From the NCBI RefSeq assembly GCF_964204865.1, contig NC_135253.1, positions 16,864,001-16,928,000 on the forward strand: 64,000 nucleotides of DNA, written 5' to 3'. Both the position numbers and the translations under genes were made by a program. Positions within the stretch are counted from its first letter, which is position 1. The number at the start of each line of letters is the position of its first letter. Source of the DNA: Styela clava (lineage: Eukaryota). Positions 63,390-64,000 of this stretch are shown one piece after another. Under the pieces are notes generated by a model. The model was not told where the DNA came from. It saw only the letters and a list, made by a program, of their open reading frames with translations, and did not search any database.

Positions 63390-63870
63390 GTTTCCCCGAG
63401 CATCGATTTCTTTGTTTATATCCGTAACAATTACAAACCAGCGATAAGTTAACAATGATGTAACAAATGGAATTCATGGCCACCGCTCAGACACTTCTCT
63501 CGCTCAAACAGATATTCAAGCGTGGTTGTGAACTCTTTTCGGTAGTTTTCGGTAGTAGTAGTTTTCGCGTTATTCGTCAGTTTTTAGTCGTGTTCCCAAA
63601 AAATAGTTGTAAATCAAATAACTTAATTGTCACCATGTATTCCGAGGACCTTTAGTTTAGTTACAACAATCAGAAATTGATGCCGCAAACACTGCGATCG
63701 ATCAGCCTAAAGCGGCACGGCACGGCAAAGGGGTCTATTATTTTGAATATAAAAGTTTTGAACATGTGAGCCAGTTTGTAAGCGCCAACTATCCAAAACA
63801 CTCTCAAAATCAGCGTTGAAAATTTTGCAATGATAAGGCATGGGGGAAAATCTTTCAGGGGTCTTTTAGT
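63390..63870. mobile_element. Diverged relative of the internal region (54440-54920) of the Mutator element
   Basis: Collinear blocks TTCCCCGAGCATCGA.TTCTTT, CTCAGACACTT.TCTC.CTCA.ACAGAT.TTCA.GCGTGGTT, GAACTCTTTTCG, GAAAATTTTGCAATG, TCTTTC.GGGGTC. Confidence 0.7.
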
Positions 63871-64000
63871 ATCTTGAGTTCTAGTTATTTCACTTAACGG
63901 ACGATTCCCTGACCCACGACCGCATAAAAAATATTCCTATCATCGTGATGCTTATTTTGAATGTCTTTTCGCGAATCAGAACTTACAACTTAGTTAACAT

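Overview
AT-rich eukaryotic (metazoan) genomic DNA with short GT-AG introns. Gene content (consortin, an Erg/Fli ETS factor, an ODR4-phosducin pair), compact spacing and repeat types suggest an invertebrate chordate, most likely an ascidian (inference). Nine host genes were reconstructed by hand: consortin (-), arylamine N-acetyltransferase (-), GID4 (-), TPR-less SGT1 (-), mitochondrial D-lactate dehydrogenase (+), intronless NEDD1 (-), Erg/Fli (+), intronless ODR4 (+) and phosducin-like (-). The main accessory feature is a ~9 kb foldback-type Mutator (Phantom-like) transposon at ~48471-57450. Its arms are inverted arrays of a ~350-bp unit, it carries a disrupted DDE+SWIM+Ulp1 protease+PHD polyprotein gene, and a MITE and a Helentron-type element are nested inside it. 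Other notable signals: a palindromic (GTACCG)n motif at the 5' end of several housekeeping genes, a possible SGT1-GID4 operon junction, a 64-aa ORF overlapping the SGT1 start, and ODR4/phosducin microsynteny matching the human arrangement. All identifications come from recalled motifs; no database search was run.
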